Below are positions 48,539 through 58,609 of a stretch of 64,000 bases of DNA, in pieces (position 1 is the stretch's first letter; every line of letters begins with the position of its first letter). This DNA comes from Patescibacteria group bacterium (lineage in GTDB: Bacteria > Patescibacteriota > Patescibacteriia > Veblenbacterales > UBA10138). The stretch is taken from positions 34,038 to 98,037 of the forward strand of contig JBAZOT010000002.1 in assembly GCA_041648575.1 (NCBI GenBank). Direction: 5' to 3'. A program made the translations under genes and the position numbers. The notes under the pieces were generated by a model. It did no database searches. It saw only the letters and a program-made list of their open reading frames with translations, and had not been told where the DNA came from.

Positions 48539-49213
48539 TCAAGGATTATCCTCTGAGGGAAGGGTTTGTGCCAACACCTGCCTAGTAATCACTACTGGTT
48601 TGCTATAAGTTGAGGCGGCTGACACAGTAATAGTATTTAAACCAGGTTGCAACAAAACTTCCTGAGAAAACTCTCCTTGGTCGCTTACCGGAACCTGTTC
48701 TCCATTTAAAGTAATTTGTGTTCCTGGGGAAGTTTTACCTTTGACTTGAATTTGCAATTCATTAACCACTATATCGGAAGGTGGGTTGATTAATTCCACT
48801 TGCGGTGATAAAAAAAGATTGCGCGCCTCCCATCCTAAGTAAACAACCAAAGTCAAAAACAATATACTTAATACCAACCAACTTAATCGGAACCATGATC
48901 GCATCTTTGTTTTTTTTGGCGGTATCGCCGTTTTGCCTTTAATCATATAGGATTGTACCTCATCATATTCTTTAAGCAATATCTCAACAGGTAAATTCAA
49001 ATAATTAGCGTATTCACGTAAAAAATGACGACCATAACTACCAGCTGGTAAAATTTTTATATTTTCATCTTCTAGCGCTCGTAAATAGCTCTCTAAAATC
49101 TTAGTTTGAAAACTTACTTGTTTAAAAGTAAAACCCTGCTGCTCTCGTGCCTGACGTAATGTATTACCAAATGATATTTGGACTACTATTTTTTTAGTAT
49201 TAAAACGGGGCAT
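48539..49213 (-). CDS. RodZ-like HTH-TM protein with Ig-like C-terminus
   Basis: FGNTLRQAREQQG...YLRALE...FLREYANYL, TM, LQPGLNTITV. Confidence 0.7.
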   Translation of the reverse strand: MPRFNTKKIVVQISFGNTLRQAREQQGFTFKQVSFQTKILESYLRALEDENIKILPAGSYGRHFLREYANYLNLPVEILLKEYDEVQSYMIKGKTAIPPKKTKMRSWFRLSWLVLSILFLTLVVYLGWEARNLFLSPQVELINPPSDIVVNELQIQVKGKTSPGTQITLNGEQVPVSDQGEFSQEVLLQPGLNTITVSAASTYSKPVVITRQVLAQTLPSEDNP

Positions 49214-49284
49214 AATTTTAATATAAACTTACTTTTAGGTTGGTTGGCCTAAAAAGTATTGGAAAATTTAAACTTTAAAAAAAT

Positions 49285-51543
49285 TTATTTATTTATTTCT
49301 TCGTCTTCATTTTCACCTAAAGCAACTTGATCATCTTGCTCTATCTCCCCGTTGCTAAAATCATCAGCCACGGGCTTGCTAGATAAATTATCAGTTACTT
49401 GTGATTCAAAAGTTTCCCGATCGATTAATACCTCACGCGGTTTGGCCCCTTCTCCTGGGCCAATTATTCCTTGCTCTTCTAATAAATCCAACAACCTAGC
49501 AGCACGCGCATAACCAACCCTCAATCGCCGCTGTAATAAAGAAGCTGATGCCTTACCAGCCCGTACAATTACTGCCTTCGCTTCATCAAACAACTCATCA
49601 CTGTCTGATGACCAACCACTAACAATATTAGTAGATTTTGCCGTTATTTGTGAATCAAACTTTGGTTTTTCTTGGCCACCAATATAACTCATGACACGTT
49701 CAATTTCTTCATCGCTAACTAAAGCGCATTGCAACCTTTTTGGTTTAGTAAGTTGGGGGGATAAATATAAACAATCACCGCGACCTAATAATTTTTCAGC
49801 ACCGCTGGCATCTAAAATTGTTCTAGAATCAACACTCGATGCCACGGCAAAAGCAATACGATTAGTAATGTTAGCTTTTATTAAACCAGTAATTACATCA
49901 ACCGACGGTCGTTGGGTCGCTACAATTAAATGAATACCCACTGCTCGCGCCATTTGTGCCAGACGAATAATTGCTGTTTCAACCTCGTGCGCTGCCACCG
50001 CCATTAAATCCGCCAACTCATCAATCACTACAATAATATAAGGCATCTGACCGCCATTCTGATTAAAGGCCTGAATATTCCGCTTGCCTTCAGCGGCTAG
50101 GGTTTGATAACGTCTATCCATTTCTGCTACCACCCACTTGAGTGCGGCAATAGTTTTATCAATCTCGATAATTACTGGAGTTAATAAATGCGGAATTTGA
50201 TTATAAGCCGCTAGCTCCACGCGCTTAGGATCAATAATAATAAATTTCAAATCATCAGGTGAATTAGTATACAACAAAGAAATCAACATACTATTAATAC
50301 AAACAGATTTGCCCGAACCAGTAGCACCAGCAATTAACAAATGTGGCATGTTTTCTAAATCAGCTATCCAAGCTCTACCAGCAACATCTTTACCTAAAGC
50401 AACAGATAAATTAGATTTTCTTTTTTTAAATTGTTCACTAATTAAAATTTCTTTTAATCCCACTGTTGCTACTGCCTGATTAGGGACTTCAACGCCCACT
50501 AGTGCTTTCCCAGGTATTGGCGCCTCAATACGGATAGGATGAGCTGCCAGCGCTAACGCTAGATCATTAGCCAGGGCCGTAATATGAACCAACTTTACTC
50601 CTTCTGCTGGTTTTAACGTATATTGAGTAACGGTAGGTCCAACTGAAATTTCACCCATTTCAACTTCTATACCAAAATTAGCTAAGGTTTTTTGAATTTT
50701 TTCTTTTTGTAATTCAATATCACCGCTAGTTGGTTTACTAGAAATAGTTTTTAACAATTCTAAAGGTATATCAATTTTCCGATGACTTGGCTTTATTTCT
50801 ATTAATGGTTCCTGGACCGGAACAGTTGTTTTATCTGCACGCGGTTTAAAAGTTGGAATTAATTTGGTCAATTGCTTAACTGACATTCTTGGCTCTGAAT
50901 CTACCTCTTGCTCTGGCACTTCCTCATCAAAAGTTTGGTTGGAAGAATCTACAATTTCCTCGTTAGATTTTTGAAATGGTCGCTTAATAATTTTTCCTAC
51001 AAAAAAAACAGGGCTTAAAAGTCGTTTGATGGTAGTTTCAAACAATACTAAAATTCCGCCAATAATTAACGCCACTAACAATATGATACTAGCCCATAAC
51101 CCCAAAATATTATAAAGCGGCAACAAGGCCAAAAAACCTAGCATTCCTCCGCCAGTACCCTGCCAAATATTTTTCCAACCAATGTTTAAATCTTCACCAA
51201 TTTGCAGTAAACCTGTTATTCCTAAAACAATCATAATTAAACCTATCCAGTGATGCATTCTAATTTTAAATTCCGATTGCATCATAGCAAAAGCAAAGGC
51301 AATTAAGATAAAAGGTAGTAACCAACCGGCTGAACCACCAAATACTAATAAACCATGTTCTAACCAACGACCAGCTGGACCGGCAAAATTGGCCAAAGAT
51401 AATAATAAAATAAAACTAAAGACAAATAAAAATGACACCACTAAATCATGCTTGGTATCTTTATTTAAACCACGATGTTTATGCCGATCATCGCTAACTT
51501 TAATTCTAATTTTTCTGTCCTTTTTACTAAATAAACTTGCCAT
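49285..51543 (-). CDS. ftsK: DNA translocase FtsK/SpoIIIE
   Basis: 4-TM N-terminus, GATGSGKS, IDELADL, ATQRPSVD, gamma domain LQRRLRVGYARAA. Confidence 0.95.
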   Translation of the reverse strand: MASLFSKKDRKIRIKVSDDRHKHRGLNKDTKHDLVVSFLFVFSFILLLSLANFAGPAGRWLEHGLLVFGGSAGWLLPFILIAFAFAMMQSEFKIRMHHWIGLIMIVLGITGLLQIGEDLNIGWKNIWQGTGGGMLGFLALLPLYNILGLWASIILLVALIIGGILVLFETTIKRLLSPVFFVGKIIKRPFQKSNEEIVDSSNQTFDEEVPEQEVDSEPRMSVKQLTKLIPTFKPRADKTTVPVQEPLIEIKPSHRKIDIPLELLKTISSKPTSGDIELQKEKIQKTLANFGIEVEMGEISVGPTVTQYTLKPAEGVKLVHITALANDLALALAAHPIRIEAPIPGKALVGVEVPNQAVATVGLKEILISEQFKKRKSNLSVALGKDVAGRAWIADLENMPHLLIAGATGSGKSVCINSMLISLLYTNSPDDLKFIIIDPKRVELAAYNQIPHLLTPVIIEIDKTIAALKWVVAEMDRRYQTLAAEGKRNIQAFNQNGGQMPYIIVVIDELADLMAVAAHEVETAIIRLAQMARAVGIHLIVATQRPSVDVITGLIKANITNRIAFAVASSVDSRTILDASGAEKLLGRGDCLYLSPQLTKPKRLQCALVSDEEIERVMSYIGGQEKPKFDSQITAKSTNIVSGWSSDSDELFDEAKAVIVRAGKASASLLQRRLRVGYARAARLLDLLEEQGIIGPGEGAKPREVLIDRETFESQVTDNLSSKPVADDFSNGEIEQDDQVALGENEDEEINK

Positions 51544-51580
51544 AAAGCATGGTAATTATAGCAAAAAAATCAGTTGATTA

Positions 51581-52864
51581 CTAATTACCCGAACGATGCA
51601 AATGCTTTACCACTGGCACTACACTAATTGTTTCTTGATGATAACGGCTGTAAAAATAAAAGCCCCCTAAAGCTAGCAGCAAAGCCAGCGAAGCAAATAA
51701 AATATAAGAAAAACTAATTCCATACCAAGCTGCTATCCAACCGACTATTAAGGGCGCCGCAACCGTGGCTAATTTTTCTGCAAATTTAGTAATCGCCGCA
51801 GTTTCACCTTCCAAATGATTTGGCGACAAAGAAAATATTACTGGCCGAACTGTTAAATTAAGTATAGCCAAGGCCGAAGAAATAAAAAAACTTACTACAA
51901 AAAAAATAACTTGCGAATGAATATAGAAAAAAGTAAACATTAAAATACTAATCAAACTGAAAAATAAGAGAATAATGTATTTTTTTGCCCAATGTGCCAG
52001 CAAGGTAGCGTAATAGACTGACAAAAAAATTGGAATTTGAAAAAAAATCGACACCAAACCTATTTGGATTAAACTTAGTTTCTGCTCAATGCCAAACAGC
52101 GGCAAAAAAATCATAAATCCAAACTGAATAAATAGTAGTGAGAACACGGCTAAAATTTGTACATAAAAAAAGATACTGTAATTAGGCAGGGCTTTGATAG
52201 CGCGGCTTAAAAACTTACTGCTGAACAAATCTTTAAAAATTGTCCCTAGTGGCGCGGGTTTGGTAGAAGTTGGCGGCAAACGTCTTTCAATGAGTAAAGT
52301 TAATAATATAAATAAAGCGACCACTAAAAAGCCGTAATACAACGGCCACCAAGCTACCACTGCTAATACTGCCAATGTTCCTACCAGGTATCCCAAAGCG
52401 TCCAGCGAAATATAAAATGAATAATTAAAAGATTTATCACCCTCATAGTGATTATCAACATACGCCTGACTGGTTTCATACATAATTATGGAACTAATAC
52501 CATTAACCAGCACAGCCATTACTAGTAAGGGTATAGAATTTAAATAACCAGCAGCAAAATATAAACTCGCTACTGCCAAATACATTACCAGTGAAGCGCG
52601 AATAATGGTTTTGTGATCAAACCGGTCAATTACTTGTCCCAAGGGCAAAGTAAGCAGTAAACCAGATAAACTAAACAAGGAAATCACCACGCCAGTGATA
52701 AACAAATTATTAGTTATTTTTTCAATATAAATTGCCCACCATGGGTCAATAAAACCAAAACCAAATTCAAAAAAGAACATTACCACTGCCATTATTTTAA
52801 TCGGCCGCGGCACCTTGTTAATTAAGTTTCTAAAACTATAAGGTTTAGTTATCAGTTGATTCAT
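51581..52864 (-). CDS. MFS transporter
   Basis: About 12 TM helices, GQVIDRFDHK motif A; probable start MNQLITK. Confidence 0.8.
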   Translation of the reverse strand: MNQLITKPYSFRNLINKVPRPIKIMAVVMFFFEFGFGFIDPWWAIYIEKITNNLFITGVVISLFSLSGLLLTLPLGQVIDRFDHKTIIRASLVMYLAVASLYFAAGYLNSIPLLVMAVLVNGISSIIMYETSQAYVDNHYEGDKSFNYSFYISLDALGYLVGTLAVLAVVAWWPLYYGFLVVALFILLTLLIERRLPPTSTKPAPLGTIFKDLFSSKFLSRAIKALPNYSIFFYVQILAVFSLLFIQFGFMIFLPLFGIEQKLSLIQIGLVSIFFQIPIFLSVYYATLLAHWAKKYIILLFFSLISILMFTFFYIHSQVIFFVVSFFISSALAILNLTVRPVIFSLSPNHLEGETAAITKFAEKLATVAAPLIVGWIAAWYGISFSYILFASLALLLALGGFYFYSRYHQETISVVPVVKHLHRSGN

Positions 52865-53006
52865 ATTAAAATTATAACATAATATTACTATTAGCCCATT
52901 ATTATTGCCGTAACACAAAACTTGACTAAATTATTTACATGATGTAAAGTCTTATCAAATAAATACTAATAAACCAAATATTAACAACTAAATATAGAGG
53001 TCAAAA

Positions 53007-53720
53007 ATGAACAAACAACTTTTTTTGATTAGTAGCTCTAAGTGTGAAGGCGGAAGTTACCTTGCACATTGCGCTGAAGCTATAAAAGCATTCTTAGGGA
53101 CAATGCAACCCAACGAACAGATAGCTTTTATCCCCTATGCCCTAAAAGACCACGACGGTTATACTAAGGTAGCTCAAGCAGCTTTTAAAGCTATGGGATA
53201 CAATTTAACATCAGTACACCGCTTCAAAAATCCAGACAATTTGATAAGAAACCATTTAATAAAAGCTGTTTTTGTTGGCGGTGGAAATACTTTTCGACTC
53301 TTAAGTACACTCCAGGAAAAAGGTCTTGTGGGTCTCATAAGGGGCTGTGTAGAAGAGAAAGGAATCAAGTATATTGGATCTAGTGCTGGCTCAAATATGG
53401 CCTGCCCCACCATCAAAACGACTAACGATATGCCCATAGTGCAACCTCGAGCTTTCAACGCCTTAAGATTGATTAATTTCCAAATCAATCCGCACTTCGT
53501 GCCAGGGAGTTTAGTTCCAGGACATATGGGCGAAACTAGGGAAGAACGAATTAAGCAGTTTCACGAAGAAAACGACACACCGGTCATTGGCTTAACAGAA
53601 ACCAATTGGCTCACCGTTGATGGAGAGAAAACTGTGCTACACGGAAAAAAAGAGGCGTTCGTCTTCGAACGAGGCAAAGAGCTAAGGATGTGGCCGCCGG
53701 AAACTGTGTTGATGCTATAA
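53007..53720 (+). CDS. pepE: Dipeptidase E (S51)
   Basis: FVGGGNTFRLL, GSSAG, INPH, GETREERI. Confidence 0.92.
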   Translation: MNKQLFLISSSKCEGGSYLAHCAEAIKAFLGTMQPNEQIAFIPYALKDHDGYTKVAQAAFKAMGYNLTSVHRFKNPDNLIRNHLIKAVFVGGGNTFRLLSTLQEKGLVGLIRGCVEEKGIKYIGSSAGSNMACPTIKTTNDMPIVQPRAFNALRLINFQINPHFVPGSLVPGHMGETREERIKQFHEENDTPVIGLTETNWLTVDGEKTVLHGKKEAFVFERGKELRMWPPETVLML

Positions 53721-53947
53721 ACAAAAATATGCAACATATCTAATGGGATTTTAGTAAAACAAAATCCCATTTTTATTTACTAAAAAATCAGCCTTCGCTA
53801 ACCGGTGAGGATTATTAAAATTATAATATTACCTGCATTTCATTATTCATTAAATCTTAACAAAAAAACTATTGACTTTATTTTTCAAATGTAGTAAGTT
53901 TATTTAAAATAAATCATCAAAAAAATCAACAACAAAAGGAACTAACA

Positions 53948-54442
53948 ATGACACATTCAAAAATAGTATACATATCTGGGACTTTAACCGATCTGACAGA
54001 AGAAGAACGAATTAAATTACGGCAGTTCTATGAAGACCTAGGTAGTATCTGTTCAAAGTTCGGTTTTACACCTTATATTCCACACTTCCACAGCGATCCA
54101 CTCCATACTCTCACTCAACGCAATTTCGATCGTATTGAACGCCTGGCTGTTACACAATCATACTTGGTTATAGCATACGTTGGGATCGATTCAACAAAAG
54201 TAGGTATCATTATTGAGATGGCCTACCATGCCAATAAACCAACTGTCCTGATATATAAAAGAAAACAACGAGATGGCTTAATTTCCCAGTCAGTTTGTGG
54301 AAACCCCGGTGTTGTTCATCAAATAGAATTTGACGAAGAAGTTGGTGGTTTTGAAAACGCAAAAAAACAGTTGAGTAAATTTTTACATGAATTTCGTAGC
54401 TCAAACGTTGCAGATGGTCTACCAAATATAATTTCACTATAA
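53948..54442 (+). CDS. Nucleoside 2-deoxyribosyltransferase-like protein
   Basis: IVYISG, YIPH, STKVGIIIEMAYHANKP. Confidence 0.6.
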   Translation: MTHSKIVYISGTLTDLTEEERIKLRQFYEDLGSICSKFGFTPYIPHFHSDPLHTLTQRNFDRIERLAVTQSYLVIAYVGIDSTKVGIIIEMAYHANKPTVLIYKRKQRDGLISQSVCGNPGVVHQIEFDEEVGGFENAKKQLSKFLHEFRSSNVADGLPNIISL

Positions 54443-54614
54443 AACAAACGATTCTAAAATAAAAATTAAACACAATAATACCCGCCGACCACCGATATGC
54501 AATAATGCTGAGGTGGTTTTTTATTTTATAATTACTTAAAGTAGTCATTTTTTTAGTAAAAAAACCAGCCCTCACTAACCAGCGGGGTATGAATAAATTT
54601 TTAGTTAACAAATT

Positions 54615-57600
54615 TTATTCCTCAACAATCGGAGCGGGGGTAGCAGTTATATCTACTGGGTCAGCAACCTGGACCGCCAACTCGGCCATCATGGCTCGCG
54701 CTTGTTCGGCCAGCGCTTGCTGTTCTACTTCTCTCTTGGCACGTTCTGCTTCGCGCTGCTTATTAATTATGACCATATCTTTAACAATACGTTCATGATA
54801 ATCACCATAACCAGTGCCAGCTGGAATCAATCGCCCAATAATCACATTTTCTTTTAAGCCACGTAGATAATCAACCTTGCCGGTTACAGCAGCATCAATC
54901 AGCACCCGCGCTGTTTCTTGAAAAGAAGCAGCAGATAAAAAGCTATCGGCCGATAATGAAGCTTTGGTTACTCCCAATAAAATCTGGTCGCCTTGAGCAA
55001 TGGTACCATTCTTTCTTACTTTTTCATTAGCTTCTTCAAACTGCGCTGTGGTAACAATTTCTCCGGGCAATAATTCAGTATCACCGGCATCATTAATATA
55101 CATCCGTGAAAACATTTGGCGAATAATAATCTCTATGTGTTTGTCATTTAATTTCTGCCCCTGAACAGAATAAATGTTTTGAATTTCTTTAAGAATATAT
55201 TTTTGCACCGCCTCAATATTTCTTAAACTATAAAGACTCGCTAAATCAATTGGCCCTTCGCTTAACTGCTGGCCGCGCGTTACCTGATCGCCGTCTTTTA
55301 TCCAACAGGCAAAACCCATAGGCACTAAAACTTCTTTATCCAGCTCACCTGGTCCTGAAACAATAATTTGCTTATCAGTAACTTCTACCACTCCTGCCAA
55401 ACCGGCCTTTATCTCGCCACCATCAACTGTTTTAATTAGCGGAGTATTAGCTGTTACCTTGCTTCCTGTTTTAACCAATACCTTAGCCTCGGGATAACGC
55501 TGCAAATTAATAACCTCTTGCTTATCGCCTTGATAATGTAAAATAATAACTTTTTGCCGACCACGAGTTAACACTTCTGCTTTACCATCAAATTCAGCTA
55601 ACACGGCAGGTTTTTTAATAGGTCTGGCTTCAAAAATTTCTTCTACCCGCGGTAAACCTTGGGTAATATCTTCTACCGATGCCACGCCTCCGGTATGGAA
55701 AGTACGCATGGTTAATTGGGTTCCTGGCTCGCCAATAGACTGAGCAGCAATAATACCAACTGCTGTACCAATGGACACTACTGAATTGAAACCCAAATCC
55801 CAACCATAACATTTTTGGCATAAACCTCGACCAACTTTACAAGTTAAACTAGAACGAATATGAATAGTAGATACTTCAGAACTATCTATTAACTTAGCTT
55901 GATCATTAGTTATCAATTCTCCTTTTTTAACAATAGTTTCTCCATTTTTCGGATCAACCACCGCTTCAATCACAAATCTACCTTTAACTCTTTCCCCTAG
56001 TCTATCACCTGCTTCACTGCTTTCATTTCTTTGCCAAACCAAACCCTGTTTGTCACCGCAATCTTCCTCGCGTATTACCATGTCTTGTGCAACATCTATT
56101 AAACGGCGAGTTAAATAACCAGCATTAGAAGTACGTAAAGCTGTATCGCTTAAACCTTTTCTGGTGCCGTGAGTGGAAATAAAATATTCCAAAACCTCAA
56201 AACCTTCTTTAAAATTTCCTTTAACCGGCAGTTCAATGGTTTCGCCGGCCGGATTAGTAACCAACCCTTTCATACCCATCATTTGGGTTAGCTGTGCCCA
56301 AGAACCTCTTGCTCCAGATTCAATCATGGCATACACTGGACTTTTTGGATCCAAAGCTTTCCGGCATAACTTGGTAACCTGCTCTTTAACGTGCGCCCAT
56401 ATTTCCACAATCTTGATATGTCGTTCTTCAGCAGTCAGTAAACCTTGTTGATATTGTTCTTCAATTACTGTAATTTGTGTATCTGCTTCTTGATAAAGTT
56501 GACCTCTTTCATTAAGTTCGGGTAAATCCGCCATACCCCATGACAAACCAGATTCAGTTAAATATTTAAATGCTAATTCTTTAATATTATCGGCCAACAC
56601 AGCGGTTGTATCTGTACTATTTTTTTCCAAACATAACGCCATTAAAGCCCTTAGACTTTTGGCGGTCATGGTTTCATTGATATACTGCAAATTTTCCGGC
56701 AAAATATTATTAAATAAAATTCTACCGACACAAGTTTCAATATGCTTATTGCTAATTCTTACGTTTATTTGTTCTGATACAGTAATATAACCTCCTTGAA
56801 AAGCCATAATTGCTTCATCGGTATCAACAAACATTTTTACCTGACCCCGCGCTGGGGTTTGGCTAGTCATGTAATAGCAACCCAACACCATGTCTTGGGT
56901 GGGTGATACTATTGGCTGGCCAGTTGCCGGTTTAAGTAAATTTTTAGCCGACAGCATTATTTCTCGGGCTTCCCATTTAGCCTCTTCGGTAATCGGCACA
57001 TGAACAGCCATTTGGTCACCATCAAAATCAGCATTAAAAGCTGGACAGATTAATGGATGAATTTGAATAGCTTTTCCTTCAATCAAAACTGGCTGAAAGG
57101 CTTGAATACCCAAACGATGTAGCGTTGGAGCGCGATTTAATAACACATGGGCGCCTTTAACAACTTCTTCCAATATATCCCACACTTCAGTAGTTTTTGA
57201 CTCTATCATACGGTTGGCGCTTCGCACATTATGCACGTACTCCCGTTCAATCAATTTAGAAATAACAAACGGCTTGAATAATTCCAACGCCATCATTTTA
57301 GGCAAACCGCACTGATTAAGTTCCAACTTTGGCCCGACCACAATCACGCTACGGCCAGAATAATCAGTTCTTTTACCCAACAAATTCTGCCTAAAACGGC
57401 CTTGTTTGCCTTTTAAAATATCAGCAATTGATTTAAGCATGCGCCGCTGCCCAGTAGAGGCAGTTACGGTTTTACCGTGTCTAGCGCCATTATCAATTAA
57501 AGCATCCACCGCTTCTTGCAACATGCGTTTTTCATTGCGGCAAATTACCTCTGGCGCATTTAGTTCCACTAAACGTTTTAATCGATTATTTCGATTAATA

Positions 57601-58604
57601 ATACGACGATACAAATCATTAAGATCTGAAGTAGCAAACCGTCCGCCATCTAATTGCACCATTGGTCGAAGATCTGGCGGAATAACTGGTAAGCTGGTTA
57701 TGATCATCCAAGCAGGACGCAAGCGTACCGACTTTAAATGATTAAATAGTTTGAGCCGCCGTACCAATTTTTTATTTTTGGCTACTTCCGGATCACTTAA
57801 TTCTTTTCTTAAATGATTTATTTCTTTATCTAAATCAACAGCCAATAACAATTGATGAATTGCTTCGGCGCCAATACCGGCTTCAAATACTTGCCCATAC
57901 TTTAATGATAAATCCTGATACTGGCTTTCAGAAATAATTTTAAATGGCTTTAATTCTTTTAATTCCCGCTTGGCAATTTCTAGTGCCTCTTCTAATTTTT
58001 CCAAACGCTCTTCCCTTAAGGTATTGCTACTTTTTACTGCTGCTGTTTCTTTGGCAGTAGGTTTAGTAGACTGACTGGTAACTTTTTGATGCTCTGCTTC
58101 AATTGCTTTTTTCTTAGATTTGTATTCTTCAGTTACTTGATCAAATAATGCTTTCTTTTTTTCTTCATCCACTGTAATAATAATAAAAGCGGCAAAATAT
58201 ATAACTTTTTCTAAATCCTGAACTGATAATCCTAATACCAAACCTATTTTTGATGGCACGCCGCGTAAAAACCAAATATGAGAAACCGGTGCAGCCAACT
58301 TAATATGTCCAAAACGTTCGCGCCTCACTGCCGCACGAGTAACCTCAACACCACATTTGTCACAAATAATGCCGCGATGGCGAATGCGTTTGTATTTGCC
58401 GCAATAACATTCCCAATCTTTAGTTGGTCCAAATATCCGTTCATCAAATAAACCTTCTTTTTCTGGTTTTTGGGTGCGGTAATTGATAGTCTCTGGTTTA
58501 GTTACTTCACCATAAGACCAAGCCTCAATTTCTTGAGGCGAAGCCAGCCTTAATCTAATGGCATCAAAATCATTAGCTTGATATTGGTCTTTATCAGGAA
58601 ACAT
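54615..58604 (-). CDS. rpoC: RNA polymerase beta' subunit
   Basis: NADFDGDQM, ECYCGKY, LTMRTFHTGG. Confidence 0.99.
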   Translation of the reverse strand: MFPDKDQYQANDFDAIRLRLASPQEIEAWSYGEVTKPETINYRTQKPEKEGLFDERIFGPTKDWECYCGKYKRIRHRGIICDKCGVEVTRAAVRRERFGHIKLAAPVSHIWFLRGVPSKIGLVLGLSVQDLEKVIYFAAFIIITVDEEKKKALFDQVTEEYKSKKKAIEAEHQKVTSQSTKPTAKETAAVKSSNTLREERLEKLEEALEIAKRELKELKPFKIISESQYQDLSLKYGQVFEAGIGAEAIHQLLLAVDLDKEINHLRKELSDPEVAKNKKLVRRLKLFNHLKSVRLRPAWMIITSLPVIPPDLRPMVQLDGGRFATSDLNDLYRRIINRNNRLKRLVELNAPEVICRNEKRMLQEAVDALIDNGARHGKTVTASTGQRRMLKSIADILKGKQGRFRQNLLGKRTDYSGRSVIVVGPKLELNQCGLPKMMALELFKPFVISKLIEREYVHNVRSANRMIESKTTEVWDILEEVVKGAHVLLNRAPTLHRLGIQAFQPVLIEGKAIQIHPLICPAFNADFDGDQMAVHVPITEEAKWEAREIMLSAKNLLKPATGQPIVSPTQDMVLGCYYMTSQTPARGQVKMFVDTDEAIMAFQGGYITVSEQINVRISNKHIETCVGRILFNNILPENLQYINETMTAKSLRALMALCLEKNSTDTTAVLADNIKELAFKYLTESGLSWGMADLPELNERGQLYQEADTQITVIEEQYQQGLLTAEERHIKIVEIWAHVKEQVTKLCRKALDPKSPVYAMIESGARGSWAQLTQMMGMKGLVTNPAGETIELPVKGNFKEGFEVLEYFISTHGTRKGLSDTALRTSNAGYLTRRLIDVAQDMVIREEDCGDKQGLVWQRNESSEAGDRLGERVKGRFVIEAVVDPKNGETIVKKGELITNDQAKLIDSSEVSTIHIRSSLTCKVGRGLCQKCYGWDLGFNSVVSIGTAVGIIAAQSIGEPGTQLTMRTFHTGGVASVEDITQGLPRVEEIFEARPIKKPAVLAEFDGKAEVLTRGRQKVIILHYQGDKQEVINLQRYPEAKVLVKTGSKVTANTPLIKTVDGGEIKAGLAGVVEVTDKQIIVSGPGELDKEVLVPMGFACWIKDGDQVTRGQQLSEGPIDLASLYSLRNIEAVQKYILKEIQNIYSVQGQKLNDKHIEIIIRQMFSRMYINDAGDTELLPGEIVTTAQFEEANEKVRKNGTIAQGDQILLGVTKASLSADSFLSAASFQETARVLIDAAVTGKVDYLRGLKENVIIGRLIPAGTGYGDYHERIVKDMVIINKQREAERAKREVEQQALAEQARAMMAELAVQVADPVDITATPAPIVEE

Positions 58605-58609
58605 AAAAA

